Source: Octopus sinensis
Lineage: Eukaryota
Assembly (NCBI RefSeq): GCF_006345805.1
Contig: NC_042998.1
Coordinates: 185,194,001 to 185,258,000 of the forward strand
Length of the DNA: 64,000 nt
Direction of reading: 5' to 3'
A model generated the notes under the pieces. That model was not told the DNA's origin and ran no database searches. It saw only the letters and a list, made by a program, of their open reading frames with translations. Position 1 is the first letter of the stretch, and each line of letters begins with the position of its first letter. A program made the translations under genes and the position numbers. This document shows positions 26,861 through 40,752 of the stretch, one piece after another.

Positions 26861-28193
26861 TATAATAGAAAGGATTAGTTAAGACATTTATTGATGTAGC
26901 GTTGGGAAGAATATGAGCGAAGATAAAAGTATCTCATCTATAAAAATTACACCTTTACTGAAAAGTTTCAACATTGCAAATAATAAGTCTTGTGAAAAAA
27001 CATATGGTAGACACCTCCGAAATCCAAATTGATCAAAACTGAATGCAGAGAAATGAATTCAGAATGGCGCCTGGTATGTGGTAAATACAAAGATGTAACT
27101 GCGGTCGTTAGCTTTTTCACCCAAAGTCGCTAAATTGGATTTAATCTTCAAATAAGGAAGTCTACTTAGAATTTTACCTGCGATTGATTTTCACTTTCTC
27201 AATGGAGATTTATCACTCATCCTTTTTTACTCCATAAAACGGATTTTATATGTTGAAATTCATGGAACGTAGAAGGAATATATTTTATACATTTTATAAG
27301 TATCGATTGTTCTTATAAAGTTATCTACCTGAGCGGTAAATCCCAGGTAGATAGCTTTTGCGGATTAGCTCAACTCATGGTTGATGGTTGTTCTTTAATC
27401 TTCGCCGACAAACTGGAAAATATTTTTATGAAAGTTTTAAATGGCGGTGCCCCAGCATGGCCACAGCTCATGGGCTGAAACTAGAATCAATCAATCAATC
27501 AATATACGTATTTATATTTTGCGCAGAGATGCATTGAAATACCAAAGTTTGCCTTTAAATACGTAATAAAATCACTTGTTGATAAAATTAAAATCAACCT
27601 ACTTTTATGTAGGTATCTCTTATTGGGAAAGTCGAGAAGTAGATCCTCTGATACAAAAAAAAAACGCGATTCAAATAATTTCCGGTGATCTTACTGTTGC
27701 TTGTCAATGGTTATTTAACGAAGGATACTTAGTAAGTGGTATTTCACTATACACTAATGATGTGCAGCTGTCACATCAACACGAGTATTGAGACGGCTAT
27801 CAGCAGACAAGATGAAGCAATCCTCATATATGTATGTATGTACTCGTACGCGCACTCTCGTGTATGTGTGTGCATGAGTATGTGTAAGTTATGTAGGCTT
27901 CATTTTTCGAATTTCTCACCAATAGCGAAAGCGCCAGTTTTTAACCAGGCGACAAGATACCTGCATTGGAATTTAGACGACTCCAAACAGAGAAATCTTG
28001 TTATACATATGTTTGTATGTTTGTACGGATGTATCATAACTTTTTTTTCATACTTTCGTTCTTATATTTTTGTAGTTTGTTTGTAACTCTAAGGTACTAG
28101 GGTCGATATAATCGATTAATCTCGCCACAAACACCACCCCACACTTCAAAATTGTTGACCTTGTGCCTAAAGCAAAAATCTATCATTATTATG

Positions 28194-28225
<32 letters not shown>

Positions 28226-30930
28226 TACTCTTCTGGTAATTAATTTATGTTTTGAAAAAAAGTTGATAATTAAGAATACGTTTTCGCCATAATATGCAAA
28301 ATAGTATCTTAGTTCCAGTTTGTATGTGATCCAGTGACCCGACGAGATAATCTCATTATTGGAAATGACACTCTCCAACCATGAAATGAAAGAGTAGCCT
28401 TCTCTCAAGAACTATATTATTAAAGTTGTTTTGTTGATTATTTCCATAATAACGAACGGAATTTTCAGAGTTGCGTCTTCAGTACATTTTTTTACGACAA
28501 TTCTATGTAAGATATCTATCCTAATTACGGAATTCAAGATGTGTTCCCTGTGCGGTGGTCAAGTTACCTTAATTTCCATCGCTTATGCAGTGAGGGTGCT
28601 TTTCATATTTAGTAAATCAGAGGAAAGGGCACAGTAACTTTGCTGGTCCAATTCCATGACTAAGAGAGAGCGAAAACACTTGATGTTCAACTTAAATAGG
28701 TCGGCCCCTGAAGAATAGAAAAAAAATAAGGTGTTAGGAAACAATTTCAAAAGGCTGAAATTCTGTGGTGGAATGATTTGATAATGTGTTTTGAGTACAC
28801 TCTAGGCGTATGATAAGGCCAGGGGAACGGGTGTGGCTGATGAGCTTGGCTAGAGGGTGTATGCAGCTGATTTCAAGGATAAAACATCTAACCGAAATAA
28901 ACAAATGTGCATGAGACAGGAGAAAAGGTCTATGGTAGATCTGTCTTCAGCATTTATGCTGGTGGTAGATAAGGAAGATAAGAATTTGGGGACGAGGCGC
29001 GTTGTCATGTATTACATAAGTTTAGAGTAATCCCTGTCGACAGAAGAAGAAAGATCGAAAATTTAATGAAAATAACAGCCAAGTCACTGTTAAAGGTTAA
29101 TAAAATGAATATTCTCAAGTCTAGTCGTCATGATTAGGTTGACATGATTAGAGGGTTGTCAATATTTGGTGATTGTACTCACATAGAGAAGTAGAAAAGG
29201 CAAATTTAGGGGAGACATCTTATTGTCTGTACGTACATTGTGATGTTAGAACGGGCAGATCATGTAATGGCTCCATCAACAGAAGTCGATGAGAGAGGTG
29301 GGTCTTTTTGGCTGAGGAATATTACGTTGAAAGGTAATCCTACCAAGTTGACGTATATATATTTAGAAAGGAAGTCTTTGACAAGCATTATCTTTTTGTC
29401 AAGAATGAACCATATTTGTAATCAAGTGTAGTCCTTGTAGAACTAGTAAAGATTTTATCTACTATCTGACTTGAAATACCATAATGATGTATTGTAGGAA
29501 GATATGAATTAAGTTGCAGACAATAAAATTGCTACAGAAACGGTCTTAATTTAGTAAAGTTGCGTAAGAAAGATAAGAAAGATGTTTGTTAGTTTGTCAG
29601 TAAGATAGAAATATGAATAGATGAAGAGAGTAACTGCTGTAGATATTTCAGAATATTAAACATATGAAACAAATATGTTTCTGCACCAGTTTAGAAGAAT
29701 GAAAACAACATGAGATGTGTGCATCGAAGTTACCAGGGATGATGACATACTTGGAGTGTAAGTTGAGTTAGATGTGTTCAGTGTAAGACGAGGAACAATC
29801 GAAGAAATCTTGTTGCTTAGAAGAGTTCGGTGCAGCAGATGAATATAGAATAATAACGAATCCAGGTTTTGAACCAGGCTATCCAAATGGCACAGTTCCT
29901 GATATTTGGGTGACTGAGTAGAATAATTGGTTATATATTATTTTTGGTTTATGTAGGTGGTTTATTAGTGATATTTATATATGTTATTAGTCTTATTCCC
30001 AATTTAATTTTTTTTTTCTAATGGATTAATTATGTATATATTAATTGGGTTTTTTGGGGTTTTTTTATAAATATAATTTCTATATATTATTATTTAGATG
30101 TAAGCATAATAGATATGAAGATAATGGAGATTAAATTTGTGAGTTTAGGTATATCTATATTATGGTTAAAGAGTAAAATAGAAAGTTTGTAGAATCGTTA
30201 GAGCGTCGAACAAAATACTTAGCGGCATTTGCTTCTGCTATTCCCATTCGAAAACCAAATTTAACTGTAGTTAACTTACTCTGTCATCTACTGAGATCTA
30301 TAACAGTACCGGGAACTGATGATATCGACTAACCCTCCATCGCCTCAAAACAGCTGGCCTTGGATCTAACTTAGGAACAACTGCTATTCTAAAAGAGTTA
30401 CGGCCAGGCCTGTATATTTAGATGATGCAAGATCGCCTAACTCTCAATACTCAGTCCCCTATATTATAAAAAGAAGGTATCATAGAATGGTACCGTATAA
30501 TCTAACTTCTCTCTGAAAGGTGGTGTCTGCCAGCACGGAATCATACATTCCAGCGCGCCACCTTTGCAATAACAATAATAATAAGGAACTCTACAATGGT
30601 AGAGTAAGATAAAATGAAGCCGCTTGTGTGATAACAAGACGGGAGAGAAGACCTCGTTAGTGACTTCCTCATTCATCATTAGTGTTGTCACTAAAAGATA
30701 TCGTAGAATGTATTATAGAAGATATGGTTAGTGTTAAAAAATATAAAAGAGTGTGTGAAAAGCAAAACGAAAAGTTTGGACGGTATAAAGCTTGAAGAGA
30801 GAAATGTACGTGGGGCATGACTTTGAAGTCATGTCATACTGGTAGTAATGTGCCTTAGAGGCAATAACAACGAAAAGACATTGAATTACGAACTTTGGAA
30901 TTGAGATTTACTCTTTACTCTCTTTTACTC

Positions 30931-31311
30931 TTTTACTTGTTTCAGTCATTTGACTGCGGCCATACTGGAACACCGCCTTTAATCGAGCAACTCGACCCCG
31001 GACTTATTCTTTGTAAGCCCAGTACTTATTCTATCGGTCTCTTTTGGCGAACTGCTAAGTGACGGAGACATAAACACACCAGCATCGGTTGTCAAGCAAT
31101 GCTAGGGGGACAAACACGCACACATATATATACATATATATATATATACGACGGGCTTCTTTCAGTTTCCGTCAACCAAATCCACTCACAAGGCTTTGGT
31201 CGGCCCGAGGCTATAGTAGAAGATACTTGCCCAAGGTGCCACGCAGTGGGACTGAACCCGGAACCATGTGACTGGTAAACAAGCTACTTACCACACAGCC
31301 ACTCCTGCGCC
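30931..31311 (-). mobile_element. SINE family A, full length
   Basis: Near-identical to 22450-22836. Confidence 0.93.
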
Positions 31312-31489
31312 CAGAGAACTTCTTCAGAAGATTGTACTATTAAGAAGAAACAGCTCGGATTCTTGAGAAATTTTTTGCAATGCAAGAAAGGAAGAATATT
31401 TTAAAGGACATTTAATCATTTGTTATGGCTCATTTTGGCTTGTAGAAACGATGATACTAACAATTTGTAATATAGATTTAAAACCATAC

Positions 31490-31845
31490 ATTTTGTGGAA
31501 GTTGTTGATTTTACTTTTACGGATTTCATGGACAGCGAGGTTCACCAATGGAGAAGTTCTTAAGCAGATAAGGCCGAAAATGTCGCTAGAAGCTAGGATC
31601 ACCAAGCATAGATTGGCATACTCCGGTCATATTATGCGGAGAAAATCCCTGGAGGACATCATGCTCGGAATGGTCAGTGGCAAGAGAGGAAGAGGCCGAC
31701 CAAGAACCCGCTGGCTTGATACATCAAGAGTGATACCGGAATGGATATAGCCAATCTGAAAGAAGCGGCCCAGGATAGAACTGACTGGAGGACACTGATC
31801 CAACGAGTGACCGAGAGTCGACTTCGACTGAGCGGATAGAAAGAG
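31490..31845 (+). mobile_element. RTE-clade (BovB-like) LINE 3' end
   Basis: RISWTARFTNGEVL...RLAYSGHIMRRKSLEDIMLGMVSGKRGRGRPRTRWLD, then ...LKEAAQDRTDWRTLIQRVTESRLRLSG*; typical RTE ORF2 C-terminus. Confidence 0.9.
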
Positions 31846-32749
31846 AGAGAGAGAGAGTTGATTTTAAATGATCCCTAGTAATTGAATGGTGTTTGTTTTA
31901 TCAACACCGGAATGATGAAAGCTGCACTTAACCTAGGCGGGATTTGAACAAAGAACTTAGGGATGTATCTAAACACCGCACCGCCTTTAATCAGTTATTA
32001 CACCGCCGATTCCGCCATCCACCACCCTTAGAGTTAACAATATATTAAAACAAACAAGCAGCTAAAGTGTGATATTAAAGAATTATAGAAAAATACAAAC
32101 AAGAGGAGAGAGTTGTAAACATGATTTTATGTTCGCGTCATAAAATTAAGACATATCTAATGATTTGAATCAACTAACACATAATAAAGATAAATGAATA
32201 AAACTAAACATAAATGACGAAATGTGTTGAGATTTTTCACTCTCGTATACATAACAGACACACAAACACACACAAACAAACACACACGTATGTATATATG
32301 TATATACATACACACACATACATTCATGCATACGTACATTCAGCCACACACACATACGCACAGAGAGAAACGTATGTACGGTGGTCATTAGATGCGTCTT
32401 AATCAGAAAGTAAGACAACTTTATACAAATTAAATCATTCCAGGCAATTTCTCTGCTTGTTTAGTTCTGCATGAAAACAACAGTTAAGACAACAATGTCA
32501 TAACATCTCTATTGAATGGCTTAATTGTCCACCCTTCTACCCACCGCTTGTCTTTCTGTCACCCTTTCTTTTGTATTCCAACAAATATTGCGACCGTTAC
32601 TTCAGTTTCTGATCCGCCATTTCAGCCGTATATAATATTTTAGCGCACCTTTCCATGGCGTTATTATTGTCGCTATGACAACCGCTGTCATTTTATTACA
32701 GTCGCTACGATGAATGTCATCGCCGTTCTTGTACATTCACTTTTTCTTC

Positions 32750-33278
32750 TCGCCCCCATTTCACTCACTCCCTCTCTCTCTCTCTATCCCCCACTCTCTC
32801 TCTCTCTCTCTCTCCACCGTATTATCTCTTTCTGTCTCCCTCTGTAATTCCCCTTCACAAAAGCCGTTTTACTTTCACTTTCTCTCTGCCCCTCTTCCTC
32901 TCTCTCTCTCTCTGTCTCTGTCTCTCTGTCTCTCTCTCTCTCTCTCCACCGTCCTATCTCTTTCTGTCTCCCTCTTTAATTACCTTTCACAAAAGCCATT
33001 TTACTTTCACTTTCTCTCTCCCCCACTCTCTCTCTCCCTCTCTCCCTCTCTCTCTCTCTCTCTCCTCTCTCCCTCTCTCTCTCTCTCTCCACCGTCCTAT
33101 CTCTTTCTGTCTCCCTCTTTAATTCCCTTTCACAAAAGCCGTTTTACTTTCACTTTCTCTCTCCCCCACTCTCTCTCTCTCTCTCTCCACCGTCCTATCT
33201 CTTTCTGTCTCCCTCTTTAATTACCTTTCACAAAAGCCATTTTACTTTCACTTTCTCTCTCCCCCACTCTCTCTCTCC

Positions 33279-33318
<40 letters not shown>

Positions 33319-33730
33319 CCGTCCTATCTCTTTCTGTCTCCCTCTTTAATTCCCTTTCACAAAAGCCGTTTTACTTTCACTCTCTCTCTCCCCCACTCTC
33401 TCTCTCCCTCTCTCCCTCTCTCTCTCTCTCTCCACCGTCCTATCTCTTTCTGTCTCCCTCTTTAATTCCCTTTCCCAAAAGCCGTTTTACTTTCACTTTC
33501 TCTCACCCCCACCCCCTCTCTCTCCTCCGTATTATCTCTTTCTGTCTCCCTCTTTAATTCCCTTTCACAAAAGCCGTTTTACTTTCACTTTCTCTCTCCC
33601 TCACTCTCTCTCTCTCTCTCTCCCTCTCTCTCTCTCCACCGTCCTATCTCTTTCTGTCTCCCTCTTTAATTCCCTTTCACAAAAGCCATTTTACTTTCCC
33701 TTTCTCTCTCCCCACCCCCCACTCTCTCTT
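32750..33730. repeat. Polypyrimidine minisatellite, about 8 units of 95-140 bp
   Basis: Core tccaccgtcctatctctttctgtctccctctttaattccctttcacaaaagccgttttactttcac starts near 32814, 32946, 33088, 33186, 33316, 33431, 33526 and 33636, separated by (CT)n. Confidence 0.95.
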
Positions 33731-33959
33731 TCTCTTTCTCTCGCTTGCTCGCTCGCACTCTGTGTGTGTGTCGTGTCTTCCTAGCTCACAAACTGCTCTC
33801 TTTTCCTCTTGACCGTCTGCGATCGCTTTCAGCAACCTCTCCCACAATTTTCCTTCTGCTGTCCTACCCATACCACACACTCCCTACTTACTCCCAACTT
33901 CACCCACTTTTCAACCCTCCTGCCCTGTTTCTTTTCCTTCATTGTTTTTGTTATTCTAC

Positions 33960-33979
33960 ATTCTTTTTTTCTTCTTTCT

Positions 33980-34031
<52 letters not shown>

Positions 34032-34108
34032 ACTTCCTTTCTTTCTTTCTACCTATATGCATGCATATAGGTACAGATATACATATATACATATATATAT
34101 ATATATAC

Positions 34109-34194
<86 letters not shown>

Positions 34195-34399
34195 GATAGA
34201 TAGATAGATATAATTATACATATATATATGTGTATATACATATGTATGTATATATATATATATATATATATACATATATATACATATATTTGTGTGTATA
34301 TACACATATATGTGTATATGCATATATATGTGTATGTCTATATACATATACATGTGTATATGCATATATATATTTGTGTGCGTATATACATACGTGTAT

Positions 34400-34440
<41 letters not shown>
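33960..34440. repeat. (CTTT)n plus (TA)n/(TG)n/(CA)n microsatellites
   Basis: Directly visible. Confidence 0.9.
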
Positions 34441-35075
34441 CAGTTCTCCTCTCTTTCTCTGTCTCATTCTCCCAGTTACTCCAACATCACCGCTTACAAC
34501 CGCTAAATCACTCCTACTGCCTCTACACACAAACCTCTTACCATTACACTCTACCCCTCTACCCTCTACTCTTCGCTCTGCCCTTCAACCATTACACCCT
34601 TATCCTCTCCCTCTACCGCAGCAAACACCACCTCCCCCCAAAAAAACACACCGGCACCTCCCTTCCCTACACCCTCCTTCGACAACATAACAAGACGATT
34701 AACAATTCAACCCTGACTGTGATTGTTATCGTGACACTGCTGTTACTTTTATGGTCACACCTATTATTGAATGAACGGGTTCAGCCTAAACACGGCGGCG
34801 GTGGGGTTGGTGGTGGTGGTGGTGGTGGTGGTGGCGGCGGCGGAGGTCGTCGTCGTCGTTGTCGTTCGAGTTGACGGTGGCGAAGAGACAATGATAACAA
34901 TAAGACGATGCCTTGTTATTATTATTATTTAACCACGGTGAGTTCTGATCGGGAAGGCAGGCCTATGCTCAAAGCCAATCCAGCCGTACCCATCAAGTCA
35001 TTTCATAGGAGTATGTGGGACTATATTGACGGCGGGACTATATTGCTCACTCTATTCAACTATTTTTCAAGAAAT

Positions 35076-35287
35076 GGCGTAAGAGTGGCTGTGCAGTGGC
35101 TGTGGCGTAGGAGTAGCTGTGTGGTAAGTAGCTTGCTTATGAACCACATGGTTCCGAGTTCAGTCCCACTGCGTGGCACCTTGGGCAAGTGTTTCTACTA
35201 TAGGCTAGGGACGACCAAATCCTTGTGAGTGGATTTTGTAGACGAAAACTGAAAGAATCCCGTCGTATATATGTATATCTATCTATC

Positions 35288-35320
<33 letters not shown>

Positions 35321-35351
35321 GAGGGCATTATTACACATAAATGCCACACGC

Positions 35352-35408
<57 letters not shown>

Positions 35409-35625
35409 ATATATATATGTGTGTGTGTGTGTGTCTGTGTTTGTTCCCCCAACATCGCTTGACAACCGATGCTGGTGTGTTTACGTCCCCGTAACCTAGC
35501 GGTTCGGCAAAAGTGACCAATAGAATAAGTACTAGGCTTACAAAGAATAAGTCCTGGGGTCGATTTGCTCGACTAAATGCGTTGCTCCAGCATGGCCACA
35601 GTCAAATGACTGAAACAAGTAAATG
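35076..35625 (+). mobile_element. SINE family A with duplicated head and expanded internal microsatellite
   Basis: ggcgtaagagtggctgtg...ggcgtaggagtagctgtgtggtaagtagc head duplication; B box gagttcagtccc; tail gactgaaacaagtaaatgagtaaa. Confidence 0.92.
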
Positions 35626-35789
35626 AGTAAATGAATTGGGATGGTGGTTCGTAATGATAGTTTTGACAGCGGAGTAGAGGTGATAATAGATATGATGGTG
35701 TTTGATGGAAGCGTTGGAGGCGGCGGAGGCGTAAGTGGAGGCGGCAGTAGTGACGGCATCGATGGAGGTAGAGGTGGCGGCAGAGAAGG

Positions 35790-35849
35790 CAGCAACGGCA
35801 GCGGCGGCAGCGGGGGCAGCGGCGACGGCAAAAGCGGCGACGGCGGCGA

Positions 35850-35899
<50 letters not shown>

Positions 35900-35933
35900 G
35901 CGACGGCGACAACAGCGACGGCGGCGGCGGCGA

Positions 35934-35992
<59 letters not shown>

Positions 35993-36086
35993 GCGACGGT
36001 GGCGGTGGCGGAGATTGCGGCGACCGCGGTGGCAGAGAAGGCAGCAACGGCAGCGGCGACAGCGGTGACGGCGGCGACAACGGCGA

Positions 36087-36136
<50 letters not shown>

Positions 36137-36145
36137 GCGACGACG
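35790..36145. repeat. GC-rich 9-bp minisatellite (GGCGACAGC)n
   Basis: Directly visible; the unit has no stop codon in any frame on either strand. Confidence 0.95.
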
Positions 36146-36479
36146 GCTATGGTAGTGGCGATGATCATTTTAGGAATATATTGGACAATATTTATTGTCT
36201 CTAGTGAGGTCGATCATTTCCCAAGAGGATATGGTGCGATCTAAGGAAGGTTTGCTGCTATTTCTAGCTGGTCAAGTGACTGCGTAGACGTGGTAATGAT
36301 GTTTGGTAACGTCGGTAGTACTGGTGGTAGTGATGATGGTGGAGTTGGAGGGTTGAGACGGTGGAAGTTCGGAGTGAGGGTGCTAAAGGCGGGGTAGTAG
36401 TAGGTGGTATAATGGTGGTGGTTGGTAAGTTATGTCAGTGGTTGTGGCAATAGGGGTCGTAGTGGTGATTGGTGGAGGT

Positions 36480-36900
36480 AATGGCTGTGGTGGGGGAAGG
36501 CATGTGCATGGAAATAGTTGTGGTGAAAGTGGTGGTGGTGGTGGTGATGGTCGTTGTTGTTGTTATGGTAGTGGTGGTGGTGCTGGTGGTGGTGGTGGTG
36601 CTGGTGGTGGCGGTGCTGGTGGTGGTGCTGGTGGTGGTGGTGGTGATGGTTGTTGTGGTGGTGTTGGTTGTAGTGGTGATGGTTGTTGTGGTGGTGTTGG
36701 TTGTAGTGGTGATGGTGGTGGTGGTACTGCTGGTGGTGGTTGTGGTGGTGGTGATGGTTGTGGTGGTGGTGATAGTTGTGGTGGTGATGGTGGCGGTGGT
36801 GGTGGTGGTGCTTGTGGTTGGGATGGTGGTGGTGGTGGTGGTGGTGGTGGTGGTGGTGGTGGTGGTGGTGGTGGTGGTGGTGGTGGTAGCATCGGTGGAC
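36480..36900. repeat. (GGT)n-based trinucleotide array
   Basis: Directly visible. Confidence 0.95.
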
Positions 36901-37977
36901 GGTTGTAATAGGGCTGCAGGAGGTGGTAGCGTTAGTCTTGTTGATGCTGTTGTCGTCGTTGTGAGTTCTACATCTGACCTTTCTAAAGATGTTAGTCGTA
37001 ACCACGTCATTTTTTCCCCCTGCAACTACATTATTTCTCTCTTCGTGTTTGGTGATTTGAAAGAGATTTTTGGCTGTCATTTCTAGTATAGAATGTTGCT
37101 CGAAAGCAATTTGAATAACTGTGGGTCAGATAACCGTAGGTAGATGGGGTGGTTGCTGTTGTGTTTCTTAGTGGTGATGACGTCCATGATAGCGGATGGA
37201 AGGTAACATGATTGTGGTGGAGCGGATTTTTATGACTACAACACGTGCTGACATGTGGATGAGGGTAGGAGTAATATGTATGTGTGCGTATGTGTATGCA
37301 TGTGTGCGTGTACCTGTGTGTGTATGTGTCTAAGCGTGTGCGCATATGTGCTTGTGTGTATGTACATATATATGTGTGTGTTGTGTCGAAATTGCGGTGA
37401 AATCCATCCGACAGCTGACGAGGAAATTGTACGTTGTTAGTAACCGTTTGTGTTTCGTTTTTGATTTTGTTGTTTATCATTTTTTTTTGTTTTTGTCTAT
37501 TTTACTTGTGCCTTTGTTTCGTTTCTTTATAAAGACTTTTCTGTATATATGCATTTGTGTGTGAGTGTGGGTGTGTGTATACACACATACATTCTTACAT
37601 GTGTGCATACTTACATGTGTGCATACTTACATGTGTGTGTGTGATATCTTCGGATAGAACTCGTGTTTTTGGTTATCAGATTGATATGCTTGTCTAACAT
37701 CACATGACGTTTTCTTCAACATTACTACAATACATTGAAAACCATAAATATGTTTTGCTGATAAGCTAAACCACAGTAAAGAAGCTGATGATGTACAGAA
37801 ATGGCATTCGAAATTTGTCGTCAAGAATTAGAGTTGTGAATTACGGTCAGTGTTGCTTGTTGATAAGTTTTTGAATATTGTTATTGTGTGTGTTTAACGC
37901 ACCTTTGTTTTACTGCTTTGCGTCGGTCTTGTTATGGTTTTTCCCTTGTTTGAGGGGGGAAGCGCTTTTGGTATAAC

Positions 37978-38995
37978 ATGAATACTGTTGTAAAAGGTTA
38001 AGTCATTCTGACGTGGATTCGTCAGAGAGTGAATTGATGGAATTCTTGGAGAACATAGAGGAGGAGCTTTCAAGTGGAAAAAGTATAATCGATGTTGACA
38101 ACAGAGAAAATCAAAAGTTTTGCGGCCGCGGCCGAAATGCTAGATCTAAAGAAGTTCAAGGACCTGTTGAAAAAGGAAGAGCACGTAACTGAGCTGACCT
38201 CTCCAAGCAGAGTTACTCAAGATACATTGAAGAATACAATAATATTTAAAACGTTTATAGTCAAAGAGAAAAAAACAGATGTGGCAACAAGGGTCCAAAT
38301 CGAAAAGTGCTTGGGACCCAACTGGCTGGAAATTACGCATCTAGCCAAGGGTAACAAATATGCTTCATAGAAGTGCGGTTTCAAACAGAGGAAATGGCCA
38401 GGCAAAACTCCGTTACCCCCACCCCCGAAGACGGGTGAAATGATTCTTCTACCATCATGCGAACTTTCAGAGTAAGGATCGAAGAAATCCACTATAAATG
38501 GATGTTGCCTGGCTGGCAGCGGCGATAACATTAGGTTTGGTGGAGAGGATAACAATCCACCAAGCATCAAGAATACCAAAACAAAACTGGTTAGAGCAAC
38601 GGCTGGAGATGATCTTCCAGGTTGCCTCGGAGGACATAGAAAGTATAGTGGACACATTTTGGTGGGTGACAAGAGATTGAGAGTAGGGGTAGAGAGCAGG
38701 AAACCTCGATGCTTCAAGTGCGGCCAGAAAAAACAAATAAGAGTAGATTGCCCTCAACCTCCCGCAAAAGTACCGATGGTACCTCCAGTGGTGAAGGAAA
38801 CCGCACATCCACCTCATACGGCGACAAATATGGAGACGAAGGAGAAATGTGATGAGGAAGAGATAAAGACACCAGATGAGAAAAAAATTTACCAATGTCC
38901 CTAAGAGGAAAAGGAGAAAGAGAAGGAATAACCACTTCACAGATACTAGCCCCCACCCAACCACCATTGACACCAACCCATTTGACACTGACCCA
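37978..38995 (+). mobile_element. Degenerate L1/Tx1-clade LINE ORF1 (zinc-knuckle protein) remnant
   Basis: Frameshifted frames 38092..38370, 38498..38680 and 38659..38904 join into a LINE ORF1-like protein with KPRCFKCGQKKQIRVDCP (C-X2-C-X4-[H>Q]-X4-C at about 38710) followed by a K/R- and P/T-rich tail. Confidence 0.75.
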
Positions 38996-39005
38996 GAACC
39001 TGCAA

Positions 39006-39170
39006 ACACGACAGGCTTCTTTCAGTTACCGTCTTCCAAATCCACTCAGAACGCTTTGGTCGCACCGGGGCTACAGAAGAAAACAGTTGCCAAGGTGTTA
39101 TGTAGTGAGATTGAACCCGAAGTCATCTGGTAGGGAAGAAAGCTTCTGATCACACATCCATGCCTCTGTC
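39006..39170 (-). mobile_element. Degenerate SINE A 5' fragment
   Basis: acgacaggcttctttcagttaccgtc...ccaaggtg...gattgaacccg. Confidence 0.75.
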
Positions 39171-39572
39171 TATCCACAGCCATACCTCGTATACGTATGA
39201 AATATATGTGTACGATATGCGTATGTGTATCAGATAGCTAAATGCATCGTTCAGACTGATGCAGGCCAGCTTTAATATGCCATTGGATTGCCCATCGAGT
39301 GACAGGGAGATCAGTAAATGTCGATGTTAAATATACAATAAATTGTTTCTGAAAGTTTTCAAAATATATGGGATGAGTGTGAAACCTACGAGGATGATTC
39401 ACCATATTGCCGGCTATTAGAAACGTAGAAGGAATTGTCTGGTTTTTTTTATATGGTTTACGTTCTTTTCACGAAATGCACATTTTCACGACGTGCACTC
39501 ATTTTGTGCTCCTCATCGTATGTCTCAAAAGTACATATGAGGTCATGCGCGTAATATTATCTATGAAAGTAA

Positions 39573-39790
39573 GGCGGCAGGATGGCAGAATCGTTAGCAC
39601 ACCGGGCAAAAAGCTTAGCGGCATTTCGTCCGACTTTACGTTCTGGGTTCAAATTCCGCCGAGGTCGACTTTGCCTTTTATCCTTTTGGGGTCAATGAAA
39701 TAAGTACCAGTTGAACACTGGGGTCGGTGTAATTGACTTGGCTCTCCCCCGAAATTGCTGACTTTGTACCAAAATTTGAAACCAATATTA
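39573..39790 (+). mobile_element. SINE B, old tail type
   Basis: ggcggcaggatggcagaatcgttagcac...gggttcaaattccgccgaggtcgactttgcc...ctcccccgaaattgctgactttgtaccaaaatttgaaacc. Confidence 0.88.
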
Positions 39791-39794
39791 TTTA

Positions 39795-40265
39795 TGAGAG
39801 TGTTTATCCATCTAGCCAGGCGACTTGTCCGGATCAATGTAAATCCTCCATGCCAGATGTCCCGATCTTCCATAAGGATTTTCATATTTTCGACTTGATT
39901 TCCAGCGTCTTCCACAAGCCGATCGATATCTGTTCTTGTTGGTCTGCCGATACTTGTATGTCAATGCGTGGGATCTCAGAGAAAGAAATCGCTGAATATT
40001 TCATCTTTGCTTCTCCAGCAGTGTTCTGCATAACGTGTTTTTCCTTATCTGATTTCCGAAGCGTTTGTAGGAAGACTGCCATATAGTCGCTGACAAGAAG
40101 TAAAGAAATACATATAGTTGCTGACAAGAAAGATTGAGAAACGCATGGAGCATTCTCGAGTAATGTACCGTCAGCTTCTTTACAAGTCTCTTGTTTAGTA
40201 CCCAAGCTAAAGAACCATAGAGAAGTACTGATTGAACGACTATTTGAAGAAACCCGTCTGAGAGT
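39795..40265 (-). mobile_element. RTE/RTE-X-type LINE 3' end, degenerate
   Basis: FLQIVVQSVLLYGSLAWVLNKRLVKKL...YSRMLHAFLNLS, then HTSIGRPTRTDIDRLVEDAG...MEDRDIW; frameshifted. Confidence 0.82.
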
Positions 40266-40374
40266 GTAAGTATACATATATCGTTGGATATCATAGTTAT
40301 GTGCCTGTACACCGTACATATGTGTATTGTCCTCTGTGTGTTTGTGTGTGTGTGTGAGCGCGAGAGTGACATGC

Positions 40375-40426
<52 letters not shown>

Positions 40427-40589
40427 TGTAATGTATCTTAATGATATTGGTATTATTTGATAACTTGTCCCTTTCGTAGAATCACTCGAGTGTCATAGTC
40501 GGGTGCAGCTTCACAAAATGAACGATTGAAAACAGCTGCTGAAAAATGAAACTGAAACTCTTCTTAAGTTTATTGTATTTCATACGCTT

Positions 40590-40752
40590 AAAATGTTGGT
40601 TTCAAATTTTGGAACAAGGCCAGCAATTTCAAGGAGGAGGATAGTCGAAAGGATGAAAGACAAAGTCAGCCTCGGCGGAATCCGATCGCAGAGACGTCTG
40701 AAATGCCGTTAAGTATTCTACCTGACCTGCTAAAAATTCTGCAAGCTCGCCG
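40590..40752 (-). mobile_element. SINE B, degenerate and internally deleted
   Basis: ggatgaaagacaaagtcagcctcggcggaat...aaattctgcaagctcgcc. Confidence 0.7.

Noticed and set aside
28640-29900. Purine-rich stretch suggestive of an ancient LINE
   Set aside because: I could not recover any recognisable RT or endonuclease motif by eye; left unannotated.
32750-33730. CRISPR-like repeat-spacer pattern
   Set aside because: The spacers are just variable (CT)n rather than unique sequences, the context is eukaryotic, and there are no cas genes.
36430-37086. Poly-His, poly-Thr, poly-Pro and poly-Gly ORFs
   Set aside because: All six frames derive from a (GGT)n array.
37780-37815. CTGATGA-TGTACA-GAAA hammerhead-like core
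   Set aside because: Stem II would have a 2-nt loop and stem I does not pair. A similar partial hit on the minus strand near 28460-28485 also fails.
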